This document shows positions 56,092 to 63,518 of a stretch of DNA of 64,000 nt, piece after piece. A model generated the notes under the pieces. The model did not search any database, was not told the DNA's origin, and was given only the letters and a program-made list of their open reading frames with translations. The translations under genes and the position numbers were made by a program. The DNA lies in IMG/VR virus record IMGVR_UViG_3300037882_003354, positions 62,001-126,000 of that record, one strand, 5' to 3'. Position 1 is the stretch's first letter. Every line of letters begins with the position of its first letter.

Positions 56092-56664
56092 ATGAGTACC
56101 AGCTACTGGCTGTACATGCACCCGGAACTCACGGGCGAACCCGGCTATTGGAAGGTGGGCAAGAGCCTGACTCCCTACTCGGCAGTCAGAAGCCGACAGC
56201 GATTCCTGGTCAATGACTTCTATTTGACTGCGGTATGGTTCGGTCATCCCAATGACATAGCTGACCAGGAACGAGACATACTGGTACGGTTCCGACCACC
56301 TCACACTCAGCGACTGGGCAGCAGCCGTAGCGAATTGATCTACTACCAGCCACCGGCAGGGCAGCCACAACTGGCACAGGTGCTGGATCAGATGATACTG
56401 AGCAGTCAACGCAGGATCCAGCGCATGCACCCGGATGATGCCCGGGGCTATCATGCCACCAACAGTGGTCAATGCTGCTTTGGGAGTGACAGGGAGGCAT
56501 ATGCCCATGAATGGAGTGCCATGAAATTGATGGACATGTTCAACGTTCAGAGTCCACGCATGCGCAGTCAGCAGGACTATCAGGCTCTGGTGAACCATTT
56601 CGGAGCCAGGTATCGTAGTTCGCAGCCGGAGACAGACGCAGGAGTGCAGGAGACCGGGATGTAA
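56092..56664 (+). CDS. hypothetical protein, weak GIY-YIG/T5orf172-like pattern
   Basis: Start moved to 56092 (AAGGAA SD); YWLY...YWKVGKS..PY..VR.RQ. Confidence 0.6.
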   Translation: MSTSYWLYMHPELTGEPGYWKVGKSLTPYSAVRSRQRFLVNDFYLTAVWFGHPNDIADQERDILVRFRPPHTQRLGSSRSELIYYQPPAGQPQLAQVLDQMILSSQRRIQRMHPDDARGYHATNSGQCCFGSDREAYAHEWSAMKLMDMFNVQSPRMRSQQDYQALVNHFGARYRSSQPETDAGVQETGM

Positions 56665-56840
56665 AAAACCCCGCTAGACGTCATGGCATGACAGCATGTG
56701 TCCGGGCGCTCAGAGCAAATACCCCGCTAGACGCCTGGGCCGGGGAGCCAGGCATCATGCCCTGTATGCAAATACCCCGCTAGACGTATGAGCACCAGAG
56801 CAGGGTCTCATGCTCAGGGTGTAAAAAGCCCGCTAGACGT
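56664..56840. repeat. four 17-nt direct repeats with exact 53-bp period
   Basis: AAAWA(C/G)CCCGCTAGACG at 56664, 56717, 56770, 56823. Confidence 0.95.
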
Positions 56841-56860
56841 GCGGCCGGACCAGGCATGTA

Positions 56861-57034
56861 TGTGAATAACACTGTGATGAACCTGTGGATGGGCTGTGGG
56901 CGACCTGTGTACAGGCTGTGGATAACTTGGTGGACAGGGCAGGAGTATTTTGGCATAGTCTGCCTGCCTGCTCAGCGTGTGAAAACCCTGAATCAGAGTG
57001 ACCCTGTGACACCACCCCTGATTCATGTGGAATA
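56861..57034 (-). promoter_or_regulatory. DnaA-box cluster
   Basis: Perfect TTWTNCACA matches at 56861-56869 (TTATTCACA) and 56917-56925 (TTATCCACA); one-mismatch copies near 56978 and 57026, all same orientation. Confidence 0.6.
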
Positions 57035-57072
57035 CTCTGAATATTCACTGGCAGATCATGTGGTGGCCACCC

Positions 57073-57100
57073 TTGACAAGCTCAGGGTTTCCTGTATAAT
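57073..57100 (+). promoter_or_regulatory. sigma70 promoter upstream of tRNA
   Basis: TTGACA-16-TATAAT. Confidence 0.8.
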
Positions 57101-57145
57101 CTGATAAATAGACTCACCTGCTCAGATGGGTCACATGTTATTTAT

Positions 57146-57229
57146 GCCCGGGTGGTGAAATGGTAGACACAAGGGACTTAAAATCCCTCGGCGCAAGCTG
57201 TACCGGTTCGAGTCCGGTCCCGGGCACCA
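57146..57229 (+). tRNA. trnL-UAA: tRNA-Leu (anticodon UAA)
   Basis: GCCCGGG/CCCGGGC acceptor stem, TGGTAGAC D-loop, AGGGA-CTTAAAA-TCCCT anticodon arm, long variable arm, GTTCGAGTC, encoded CCA. Confidence 0.97.
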
Positions 57230-57231
57230 CA

Positions 57232-57640
57232 GAGTATGCTCCATACTCATCCGTTCACTGGAGCAAGACCTGTTTTGAGTACTCCAATATTATCCAATTG
57301 ATAATGATATGAGTATCTTGACAGGCCTCCGCTGAATATTTCCACATACTAGTATTGAGTATCTCCAGAGTAAGTCCTGATACTAATATCGAGTATCTGC
57401 CCGGGAGTATCTGAGTATTGAGTATGGGTATCTGCTCCGGAGTAAGTCCTGATACTAGTATTGAGTATGTATTATGTGTATGTATTTGGAGTATCATGGT
57501 AAATACTATACACACAGGAGTTACCATTATGATGATTGCACTATACTTTCTCTTCATGTTCATATTCTACATGGCGTTCTTATACTATTTCCGAGACTGA
57601 GTAACCGCATACTCCGGAGGTATGTTATCTCCTGGAGTAT
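57232..57640. repeat. GAGTA-rich tract with 18-bp direct repeat and palindromes
   Basis: 14 GAGTA copies counted on + strand; GAGTAAGTCCTGATACTA at 57368 and 57440. Confidence 0.85.
57529..57600 (+). CDS. 23-aa hydrophobic membrane peptide
   Basis: MMIALYFLFMFIFYMAFLYYFRD; AGGAG SD and TAAATA upstream. Confidence 0.5.
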   Translation: MMIALYFLFMFIFYMAFLYYFRD

Positions 57641-57721
57641 GTGATTCACACGCCCACCCTCGCCGTCCATCCCCAGACTGCCTGTTCGAACGCACGGTCA
57701 TCTTGTTGTTGTTGTGACTGT

Positions 57722-57749
57722 ATTATAGCGGTCTGACTCCATTCGTCAA
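57722..57749 (-). promoter_or_regulatory. leftward sigma70 promoter
   Basis: TTGACG-16-TATAAT on minus strand. Confidence 0.7.
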
Positions 57750-57752
57750 TCC

Positions 57753-57777
57753 AAGACCCTGCACCGTGTAGGGTCTT
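57753..57777. other. 11-bp inverted repeat between divergent promoters
   Basis: AAGACCCTGCA-CCG-TGTAGGGTCTT (one G-T pair). Confidence 0.75.
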
Positions 57778-57787
57778 TCTTCTGCGC

Positions 57788-57815
57788 TTGACAATCTCTC
57801 ACCGTGTGCTATAGT
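57788..57815 (+). promoter_or_regulatory. early promoter cassette (TATAGTACTGACAT type)
   Basis: TTGACA-16-TATAGT with TGn. Confidence 0.85.
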
Positions 57816-57842
57816 ACTGACATTGCAACAACGAAAGACATC

Positions 57843-58025
57843 ATGTATTTCCAACTCAGCTGGGTGTTCTCAAACGATCACGAGTGGCATAAGAACTTCG
57901 ACAGCCTGCACGAGCGTGAGATGTTCATTAACACCACCGGGCTCCTGACCCATCCGGACATCGTGCGTGTGACTGTTCAGATTGGCCAGTGCTCAGCTGA
58001 CCTGAAAAATGTCTTGACAGCCTGA
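57843..58025 (+). CDS. small early protein
   Basis: Start moved to 57843; 60 aa. Confidence 0.65.
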   Translation: MYFQLSWVFSNDHEWHKNFDSLHEREMFINTTGLLTHPDIVRVTVQIGQCSADLKNVLTA

Positions 58026-58041
58026 ATCATTGTGCTATAGT
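58014..58041 (+). promoter_or_regulatory. early promoter cassette
   Basis: TTGACA-16-TATAGT with TGn. Confidence 0.85.
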
Positions 58042-58067
58042 ACTGACATCAACGCAAGGAGCCACTC

Positions 58068-58256
58068 ATGGAATTTGATCTAGACATCAACTGGCGCGAG
58101 ATCCGGGATCAGAAGATCTGGCTGTTCAACGCCACCGACCACCAGAGCACACCCTGGGAGCGCCGACAATGCGATGCTCTGCTGGACCTGCTGAGTGACA
58201 TCCAGCGGCAGGCCCTGGAGTCAGGCCATGTGGAGAGCGACGTCTTGGGGTTTTAA
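58068..58256 (+). CDS. small early protein
   Basis: 62 aa, AAGGAG SD. Confidence 0.75.
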   Translation: MEFDLDINWREIRDQKIWLFNATDHQSTPWERRQCDALLDLLSDIQRQALESGHVESDVLGF

Positions 58257-58266
58257 CCACTACCGC

Positions 58267-58294
58267 TTGACAACCTGATGGATTGTGTTATAGT
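58267..58294 (+). promoter_or_regulatory. early promoter cassette
   Basis: TTGACA-16-TATAGT with TGn. Confidence 0.85.
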
Positions 58295-58324
58295 ACTGAC
58301 ATTGCAACAAAGAAGGAGAACCTG

Positions 58325-58519
58325 ATGACCAACGAACAACTGGCAAAAAGCATCCGTCACGGCATGTTCGGCAGCCGTAAGAGCTACGACGAGGCCATGG
58401 AGTACGCCCACAGTGTGGCACGAGCCACGGGTGAGACGGCGGCGGTGATGACTGCCGTGCAGGTGGTGGTGAACACCATCGCAGAAATGATCCTGGAGAA
58501 CGAACGTGCTGAGGCCTGA
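58325..58519 (+). CDS. small early protein
   Basis: Start moved to 58325 (AAGGAG); 64 aa. Confidence 0.75.
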   Translation: MTNEQLAKSIRHGMFGSRKSYDEAMEYAHSVARATGETAAVMTAVQVVVNTIAEMILENERAEA

Positions 58520-58623
58520 TGGCTGGACCGGCTGGCCGGCCGGGCTGTTGCAGGACGATGACCGGGGCCTGAGCCGGTGGCTGGCCACCCGTCTGGATGC
58601 CGGATACATCCTGCGCCACCGGC

Positions 58624-58651
58624 TTGACTTGTTGACGACACCTGCTATAAT
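58624..58651 (+). promoter_or_regulatory. early promoter cassette
   Basis: TTGACT-16-TATAAT with TGn. Confidence 0.8.
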
Positions 58652-58681
58652 ACACTCATGATGACGCAAAAGGAGATGGTG

Positions 58682-58909
58682 ATGAAGCGAGACCGTTTTG
58701 CCATGTACACGCCGGCTGGCGATCAGGCAGTGAGTCAGATGGTGGCCACGGCACGACGCCTGGCCTGGAGCTGGCCCGAGGTGCAGTTCCAACTGCAGGT
58801 GCTCAGCCGCACCGCCGGCTGTGAGGAGACCCTGGACACCGCCGTGCGCGAATGCGTGTATGATGCACTGGGTTTTGGCGCACAAGGAGTCTGCTTCTAT
58901 GACTACTGA
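58682..58909 (+). CDS. small early protein
   Basis: Start moved to 58682 (AGGAG); 75 aa. Confidence 0.7.
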   Translation: MKRDRFAMYTPAGDQAVSQMVATARRLAWSWPEVQFQLQVLSRTAGCEETLDTAVRECVYDALGFGAQGVCFYDY

Positions 58910-59108
58910 TGCCGCCGAGCGGGACCTGGACATCTTGATCCGGTGGATCGCCCATGAACACCTGAGCATCAGCACTCTGGAGGCCCGGGGCCGGGACAGC
59001 CTGGACTTCCACGATGTGCATGTGGATGCCATCAGGAGTGCGCTGCATGCGGCATTCCAACTGGGCCAGTCCAATGGATTGAACGCTGGCTACCGCGACC
59101 TGCTGTAA
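58899..59108 (+). CDS. DUF6900-like small protein
   Basis: IA..HL.I.TLE.R..DSLDFHDV.V..I..AL.AAF..G recalled as DUF6900 pattern; AAGGAG SD. Confidence 0.65.
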   Translation: MTTDAAERDLDILIRWIAHEHLSISTLEARGRDSLDFHDVHVDAIRSALHAAFQLGQSNGLNAGYRDLL

Positions 59109-59142
59109 TACATTCATCAACGTAACACAAGGAGAGATAAAA

Positions 59143-59346
59143 ATGGCACAATTTCAAGTCATGGTGACCATGATCGTGGAAGCCCACAGCGACTCAGAGG
59201 CCTGGAGCATAGCCGAGGCGGCCCTGGACCATCTGGTGTGGCCAGGCACGCCCATACTGCGCTGCACAGTGGGTGAAGTGGACGAGGGTACGCCTGACCA
59301 GCGCATCGCGGCTTCGTTGTCGGACCTTGACAACACCCTGGACTGA
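59143..59346 (+). CDS. small early protein
   Basis: 67 aa, AAGGAG SD. Confidence 0.7.
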   Translation: MAQFQVMVTMIVEAHSDSEAWSIAEAALDHLVWPGTPILRCTVGEVDEGTPDQRIAASLSDLDNTLD

Positions 59347-59355
59347 TGTTATAAT
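59327..59355 (+). promoter_or_regulatory. early promoter cassette (TATAATACATTCATCA type)
   Basis: TTGACA-17-TATAAT with TGn. Confidence 0.85.
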
Positions 59356-59385
59356 ACATTCATCAACGTAACGCAAGGAGATGAC

Positions 59386-59547
59386 ATGAGAAATTACCGA
59401 GCCTATTACAAGGGCAAGACCTTCGACGTGCAGGCGCCCAACTCATTCCAGGCGCAGGAGGCGGCTGCCCGGATCCTGCGCATCAAGAAGACCTGGGAGG
59501 TGGCTGTGGTGCTGTTGGATGTGCCACTTGACACCACCACACTCTGA
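59386..59547 (+). CDS. 53-aa early protein
   Basis: Below cutoff; MRNYRAYYKGKTFDVQAPNSFQAQEAAA...; AAGGAG SD. Confidence 0.7.
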   Translation: MRNYRAYYKGKTFDVQAPNSFQAQEAAARILRIKKTWEVAVVLLDVPLDTTTL

Positions 59548-59556
59548 TGCTATACT
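59528..59556 (+). promoter_or_regulatory. early promoter cassette
   Basis: TTGACA-17-TATACT with TGn. Confidence 0.8.
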
Positions 59557-59580
59557 ACGGCACGAACAACGCAAAAGGAC

Positions 59581-59796
59581 ATGAACATGACATGGGACAG
59601 AGCAGGCCAACGAGTGGCTGGAGTCTACCTGGGCTACACCGTGGCGGGCCTGGTGACGGAAAGCCGAGTCAAGTATGGTGGTCGGGTGCAACACACTCTG
59701 CAACTGGATCAGCCCATGACCTTGTTCAGCACGGAACGCTCGGTCTTGCTCATGGACGAACGCGATCTTTTTAAGACCGGCCGGGAGCCTGCATGA
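59581..59796 (+). CDS. small early protein
   Basis: 71 aa (or start 59587), AAGGA SD. Confidence 0.75.
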   Translation: MNMTWDRAGQRVAGVYLGYTVAGLVTESRVKYGGRVQHTLQLDQPMTLFSTERSVLLMDERDLFKTGREPA

Positions 59797-60047
59797 CGGA
59801 CACCATGAACCGGGAACAGTTCATCCGGTATGCCCGAGAGGCACTGAGCCCGGATGTTCTGGAGGGGCTCTACGAACGCATCAGTGAGCACAATGGCGAG
59901 GTCACTCAGTTCGGCGACAGCTGGCCCGGTGCCCTGGTCAGCATCCGGAGTCAGATTGAGGATGTGCATGCCATTGAGCGCCAGTTGGCCCGGCTGGAAG
60001 CTCGTGAGCCCAGGTGTTTCCACTTCCGTGTGCAGAGTCCCAGATAA
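59793..60047 (+). CDS. small early protein
   Basis: 84 aa, ATGA overlap. Confidence 0.7.
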   Translation: MTDTMNREQFIRYAREALSPDVLEGLYERISEHNGEVTQFGDSWPGALVSIRSQIEDVHAIERQLARLEAREPRCFHFRVQSPR

Positions 60048-60050
60048 GGC

Positions 60051-60078
60051 TTGACAATCTGAATCGTTCTGTTATAGT
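60051..60078 (+). promoter_or_regulatory. early promoter cassette
   Basis: TTGACA-16-TATAGT with TGn. Confidence 0.85.
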
Positions 60079-60109
60079 ACTGACATTGCAACAAAGAAAG
60101 GAAGACGAC

Positions 60110-60445
60110 ATGACTGAAGAAGAAATCATCATCCGTGCAGTGGAGTTGGGCCGTCAGGCTGCTCGCCAGGCCACCCAGGATTACCTGGATGCCAACGGTG
60201 AGCACCACTTCGACTGTGGGTTCGCATGGGTCAAGGTGTCCGCAGACGGCCGCAGTCGAGTGGGACGCGCACTCAAGAAGGCTGGCTTTAATAAGCCCTA
60301 CGGCGAAAAAGGTCTCCAGATGTGGAACCCGTCGGGCCACTTCACGCAGTCCAGGACTGCCAAGGAGTACGGCGCCAGGGCCATGGCTGAGGTGCTCAAG
60401 ACCCGCCTGGGAGTAGAGGCCGTTGGACTCGGCCGGGCAGACTGA
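60110..60445 (+). CDS. small early protein
   Basis: Start moved to 60110 (AAGGA); CGFAWV..WNP..TQS..KE.GA. Confidence 0.75.
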   Translation: MTEEEIIIRAVELGRQAARQATQDYLDANGEHHFDCGFAWVKVSADGRSRVGRALKKAGFNKPYGEKGLQMWNPSGHFTQSRTAKEYGARAMAEVLKTRLGVEAVGLGRAD

Positions 60446-60446
60446 C

Positions 60447-60602
60447 ATGAAGGTCATTTACAATGGCCTGCTGGGCGGGTGGTACATCGTGCGCGGCCCA
60501 CACCACACGCCCCTGGGCGGCAGGTTTGACAGCCGTGAGGCCGCGCTGGCGCATCTGAAAAGAAGGAATGCCCCTACAGGCAGTCGGGGCTTGACAAGTT
60601 GA
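60447..60602 (+). CDS. 51-aa early protein
   Basis: Below cutoff; MKVIYNGLLGGWYIVRGPHHTPLGGRF... Confidence 0.65.
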   Translation: MKVIYNGLLGGWYIVRGPHHTPLGGRFDSREAALAHLKRRNAPTGSRGLTS

Positions 60603-60618
60603 ATCGTTGTGTTATAGT
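60591..60618 (+). promoter_or_regulatory. early promoter cassette
   Basis: TTGACA-16-TATAGT with TGn. Confidence 0.85.
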
Positions 60619-60648
60619 ACTGACATTGCAACAAACAAGGGAAACAAG

Positions 60649-60909
60649 ATGAGCAACTACCCCAACATGTCGTATTGTGCGTTTGAGAACACCACCCTGG
60701 CCATGGGTCAGCTGTTGGGCATGATGTCGCAGGTGGACTGCCTGAAGGAAATGGACTTGTCGCGTGACGAGTTGCGCGCCTTCCGTAACTTGAAGGACCT
60801 GTGCGAGCAGTTCCTGGAGGGCGCCGAGGGCCTGGAGAGCGCCGACGAAGAATACGACGGGCAGCCGGATGAAGCCCAGGAATGGGAATCGTTTGATCCA
60901 GACTGTTGA
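60649..60909 (+). CDS. small acidic early protein
   Basis: Start moved to 60649; NMSYCAFENT motif, acidic tail. Confidence 0.75.
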   Translation: MSNYPNMSYCAFENTTLAMGQLLGMMSQVDCLKEMDLSRDELRAFRNLKDLCEQFLEGAEGLESADEEYDGQPDEAQEWESFDPDC

Positions 60910-60934
60910 CACAGGGCCGCAAGGCCTGTATAAT
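60906..60934 (+). promoter_or_regulatory. early promoter cassette
   Basis: TTGACA-17-TATAAT. Confidence 0.85.
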
Positions 60935-60967
60935 ACATTCATCACAACGCAACGAAAAGGAAACACC

Positions 60968-61171
60968 ATGGAACTGATCCTGAACACGCCCAAGCAACAC
61001 ATGATCGCCACCCTGCTCTGGGAGGCTCCCGACGATCTGACGGTGCAGGCAGTACTGCGCATCTACGGTGCTGAAGCTCGCGCCATCCAGGACCTGATGA
61101 TCGTCACCAGTCTGGACCACGTGGACAACGTGGAAGAAGCACAGAGCATCCTGCAATCCTTTCGCAAGTAA
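60968..61171 (+). CDS. small early protein
   Basis: Start moved to 60968 (AAGGA); 67 aa. Confidence 0.75.
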   Translation: MELILNTPKQHMIATLLWEAPDDLTVQAVLRIYGAEARAIQDLMIVTSLDHVDNVEEAQSILQSFRK

Positions 61172-61187
61172 TTAATAGGCTCACAAG

Positions 61188-61328
61188 ATGACCACGAAAA
61201 TCGGCACCAAGATCCCATCCAGCACCGGCGGTGTCATCACCTTCACCCGTACTGGGCTGATCCATACAGCAGGCAAGGCCTACAGCGGCCGCTCGGTGGA
61301 CACCACTGAGGCCAAGAAGAAGGCTTGA
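61188..61328 (+). CDS. 46-aa early protein
   Basis: Below cutoff; MTTKIGTKIPSSTGGVITFTRTGLIHTAG...; stop overlaps next -35. Confidence 0.55.
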   Translation: MTTKIGTKIPSSTGGVITFTRTGLIHTAGKAYSGRSVDTTEAKKKA

Positions 61329-61352
61329 CAAGCAGACTGATCCTGCTATACT
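61325..61352 (+). promoter_or_regulatory. early promoter cassette
   Basis: TTGACA-16-TATACT with TGn. Confidence 0.85.
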
Positions 61353-61382
61353 ACATTCATCAACAACGCAAAGGCAACAGAC

Positions 61383-61616
61383 ATGGACTACGATGTGCGC
61401 AAGTTTACCAACAAGTTGATTGACCTCCGTGACGAGGGCATGATCAGCGACCGTGACATTGTCATGGCAGCGCTCAAGTACATGAGCGAAGATGATGTGC
61501 GCGACATGTGCGAGTGCAACGGCTTTGACGAGATCATGGACCTGGTGCCGGATGAAGATGAAGACGAGGCCCTGTTGAGCAATTTCAACTATGTCGGCTC
61601 GCGCCACCACTATTAA
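61383..61616 (+). CDS. small acidic early protein
   Basis: 77 aa; LKYMSEDDVRDMCECN. Confidence 0.75.
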   Translation: MDYDVRKFTNKLIDLRDEGMISDRDIVMAALKYMSEDDVRDMCECNGFDEIMDLVPDEDEDEALLSNFNYVGSRHHY

Positions 61617-61628
61617 AAAGGATTTGAC

Positions 61629-61910
61629 ATGAAAGGCGGAACTCTGTTCTATCGCGTGATCCCGGCAGACAAGGATCGTGGCTACTCGCTGTTGACCAGC
61701 TGGGACAAACCAGTGGTCCAGCGCACCTGCTACACCATGAGCAGCATGACCAACCCCAGTCGTGCAGCCATGATGGCCAGTCTGGCTGAAACCCAGCGGC
61801 GTGGTGGTGCAGAGCATCTGGTGGACACCACGGAACTCAACATCCAGAAGAAATTAGCCCGACTCTTCGGTGAAGACGACGCACCCGCCAAAACCGACGT
61901 AACCTGTTGA
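61629..61910 (+). CDS. small early protein
   Basis: 93 aa, AAGGA SD. Confidence 0.6.
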   Translation: MKGGTLFYRVIPADKDRGYSLLTSWDKPVVQRTCYTMSSMTNPSRAAMMASLAETQRRGGAEHLVDTTELNIQKKLARLFGEDDAPAKTDVTC

Positions 61911-62017
61911 TTTATAAGACCCCAAGACGCTCTGTCGCAGCTGGAACGCCTCAAACGGGTCGGTATGCGTGAAAGAACATTTTAGAGCATTGTCGACGTC
62001 TTGAACCTGGAATCCTG

Positions 62018-62242
62018 ATGAATCACAGTCCCATTCTGCAGTGGACAGCCACTGCCGTGACACTGCTGGGCGCCATGCTCACAGCGGCAGCTCTGGATCC
62101 CTGGAATGTCTACTGTCTGAATGCCGGCAGTGGCCTGTGGCTCATCTGGGCCTGGCGGGTGCGCAGCCGCAGCTTGATCGTGGTCAACGCTGGCCTGGTG
62201 CTCATATACATGGCAGGCCTGGTCCGAGCCTTCTTTGCTTGA
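62018..62242 (+). CDS. small three-helix membrane protein
   Basis: 74 aa, largely hydrophobic. Confidence 0.7.
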   Translation: MNHSPILQWTATAVTLLGAMLTAAALDPWNVYCLNAGSGLWLIWAWRVRSRSLIVVNAGLVLIYMAGLVRAFFA

Positions 62243-62266
62243 CAATCTGGATCATTGTGCTATAGT
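62239..62266 (+). promoter_or_regulatory. early promoter cassette
   Basis: TTGACA-16-TATAGT with TGn. Confidence 0.85.
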
Positions 62267-62296
62267 ACTGACATCGCAACACAACAAGGAAGACAC

Positions 62297-62554
62297 ATGA
62301 AGAAAGACCTTATGACCCGTGACCTGAAACGGCATGCCCTGGTACAAGACACCGTGACTGGCTTTGTGCAGGCTCAGTACGAATTGCATGACAGCCATGC
62401 CTACGCCACCGGCTACATGGAGAGCCTGCTGGTGCAGATCTTGACCTATCACGTGACTGAGGCCAACCGTGCCCGATTCCTGGATGAGCTGGCTCGCAGC
62501 GCCGACAAGGCTCGGGTGGAGAGCACCTACAGGGCATTGACCCTGGCTGCGTGA
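62297..62554 (+). CDS. small early protein
   Basis: Start moved to 62297 (AAGGA); 85 aa. Confidence 0.7.
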   Translation: MKKDLMTRDLKRHALVQDTVTGFVQAQYELHDSHAYATGYMESLLVQILTYHVTEANRARFLDELARSADKARVESTYRALTLAA

Positions 62555-62733
62555 TGACTGACTACCAGTTCTGCATGATCCTCCGCGATGGCGGCCATCG
62601 GATCATCACCGTGGGGGCGGAGAATCAGGATCACGCCCATGACATGTTCCATCGCATCTACGGCACGGACCTGCCGGCCTTCCTGTACCAGCACCCGCCG
62701 GCCTTTGTTCAAGAACTGGTTGACAACTCCTGA
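62551..62733 (+). CDS. small early protein
   Basis: 60 aa, overlaps upstream stop. Confidence 0.65.
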   Translation: MMTDYQFCMILRDGGHRIITVGAENQDHAHDMFHRIYGTDLPAFLYQHPPAFVQELVDNS

Positions 62734-62747
62734 ACTCCTGCTATAAT
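62720..62747 (+). promoter_or_regulatory. early promoter cassette
   Basis: TTGACA-16-TATAAT with TGn. Confidence 0.85.
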
Positions 62748-62780
62748 ACATTCATCACAACGCAACAGGGGAAGCAGAGC

Positions 62781-63053
62781 ATGGCCTACGTATTGATCAA
62801 TCGCAACCAGAAGGGACGGCAAGAAGCCATCCGCACCTATGCCACCTACAAGGGTGCCCTGATTGGCATGCGCGTGAGCAACCGCAACGCCGGCTGGACT
62901 CGTAGCAGCCGCTGCTACCTGGGCTACTGCGCCATGGAATGGGGTCATGATGCCGCTGGCGACTACGAGTACGCACCCTACGCCATCATGCACGAGTTTG
63001 ATTACAAGATGCGGCATCAGCCTCTTGACACGGTGCGTGGGGCCGCTGTATAA
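62781..63053 (+). CDS. small early protein
   Basis: 90 aa directly after promoter leader. Confidence 0.7.
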   Translation: MAYVLINRNQKGRQEAIRTYATYKGALIGMRVSNRNAGWTRSSRCYLGYCAMEWGHDAAGDYEYAPYAIMHEFDYKMRHQPLDTVRGAAV

Positions 63054-63054
63054 T
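63025..63054 (+). promoter_or_regulatory. early promoter cassette
   Basis: TTGACA-18-TATAAT. Confidence 0.75.
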
Positions 63055-63084
63055 ACACACATGAAGACACAACAGGAGCAACAG

Positions 63085-63255
63085 ATGAATGACTTTAGAC
63101 GGGCCATGCGAGTCATGTGCTCTGCATGTCAAGAATTTCACCAGGTGAAGGATGTGAAATTCATTGACATCCAGGAAGATTATGCCGGCAGGGATCTGAT
63201 GACCTTTGAGTGCTCGGTGACCAGCACCCAACAAAAGGCCTACGTGCTGGGCTGA
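63085..63255 (+). CDS. small Cys-containing early protein
   Basis: Start moved to 63085 (AGGAG); CSAC...FEC. Confidence 0.7.
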   Translation: MNDFRRAMRVMCSACQEFHQVKDVKFIDIQEDYAGRDLMTFECSVTSTQQKAYVLG

Positions 63256-63259
63256 TCAC

Positions 63260-63287
63260 TTGACAATTGGTGCCATGATGTTATAAT
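63260..63287 (+). promoter_or_regulatory. early promoter cassette
   Basis: TTGACA-16-TATAAT with TGn. Confidence 0.85.
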
Positions 63288-63317
63288 ACACACATGATGA
63301 CACAACTGGAGCAACAC

Positions 63318-63518
63318 ATGAATGAATTCGTAGCATCGGCAGTGGATCGGGTGGAGAGCAAGTTCCTGGTCCACTGCGACACTGATGTTCCAGCCGAGAT
63401 CCTGGCTGATGTCCTGCACTATTGCCGGGTCAAAGGCATTGACTTCGACAACGAGCTGCGCCTGGCTCGTGACTACGTGGAGGCAGAACTGGCTGAGTTT
63501 TTCGGTGTAGGTGCTTGA
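63318..63518 (+). CDS. small early protein
   Basis: Start moved to 63318 (GGAG); LADVLHYC..KGIDF. Confidence 0.75.
   Translation: MNEFVASAVDRVESKFLVHCDTDVPAEILADVLHYCRVKGIDFDNELRLARDYVEAELAEFFGVGA

Noticed and set aside
56664-56840. CRISPR mini-array (constant repeat, equal-length spacers)
   Set aside because: Repeat is only 17 nt and non-palindromic; spacers resemble one another (GGCCGG..CCAGGCAT in two, GCTCAG near the end of two) rather than being independent; no cas genes in window. Kept as an iteron-like finding.
57318-57346. Promoter at TTGACA 57318
   Set aside because: No -10 element at 16-18 nt spacing.
57804-62296. Repeated MCYSTDIAT N-termini as a protein family
   Set aside because: These are translations of the repeated promoter cassette; real SD-led starts lie 39-42 nt downstream.
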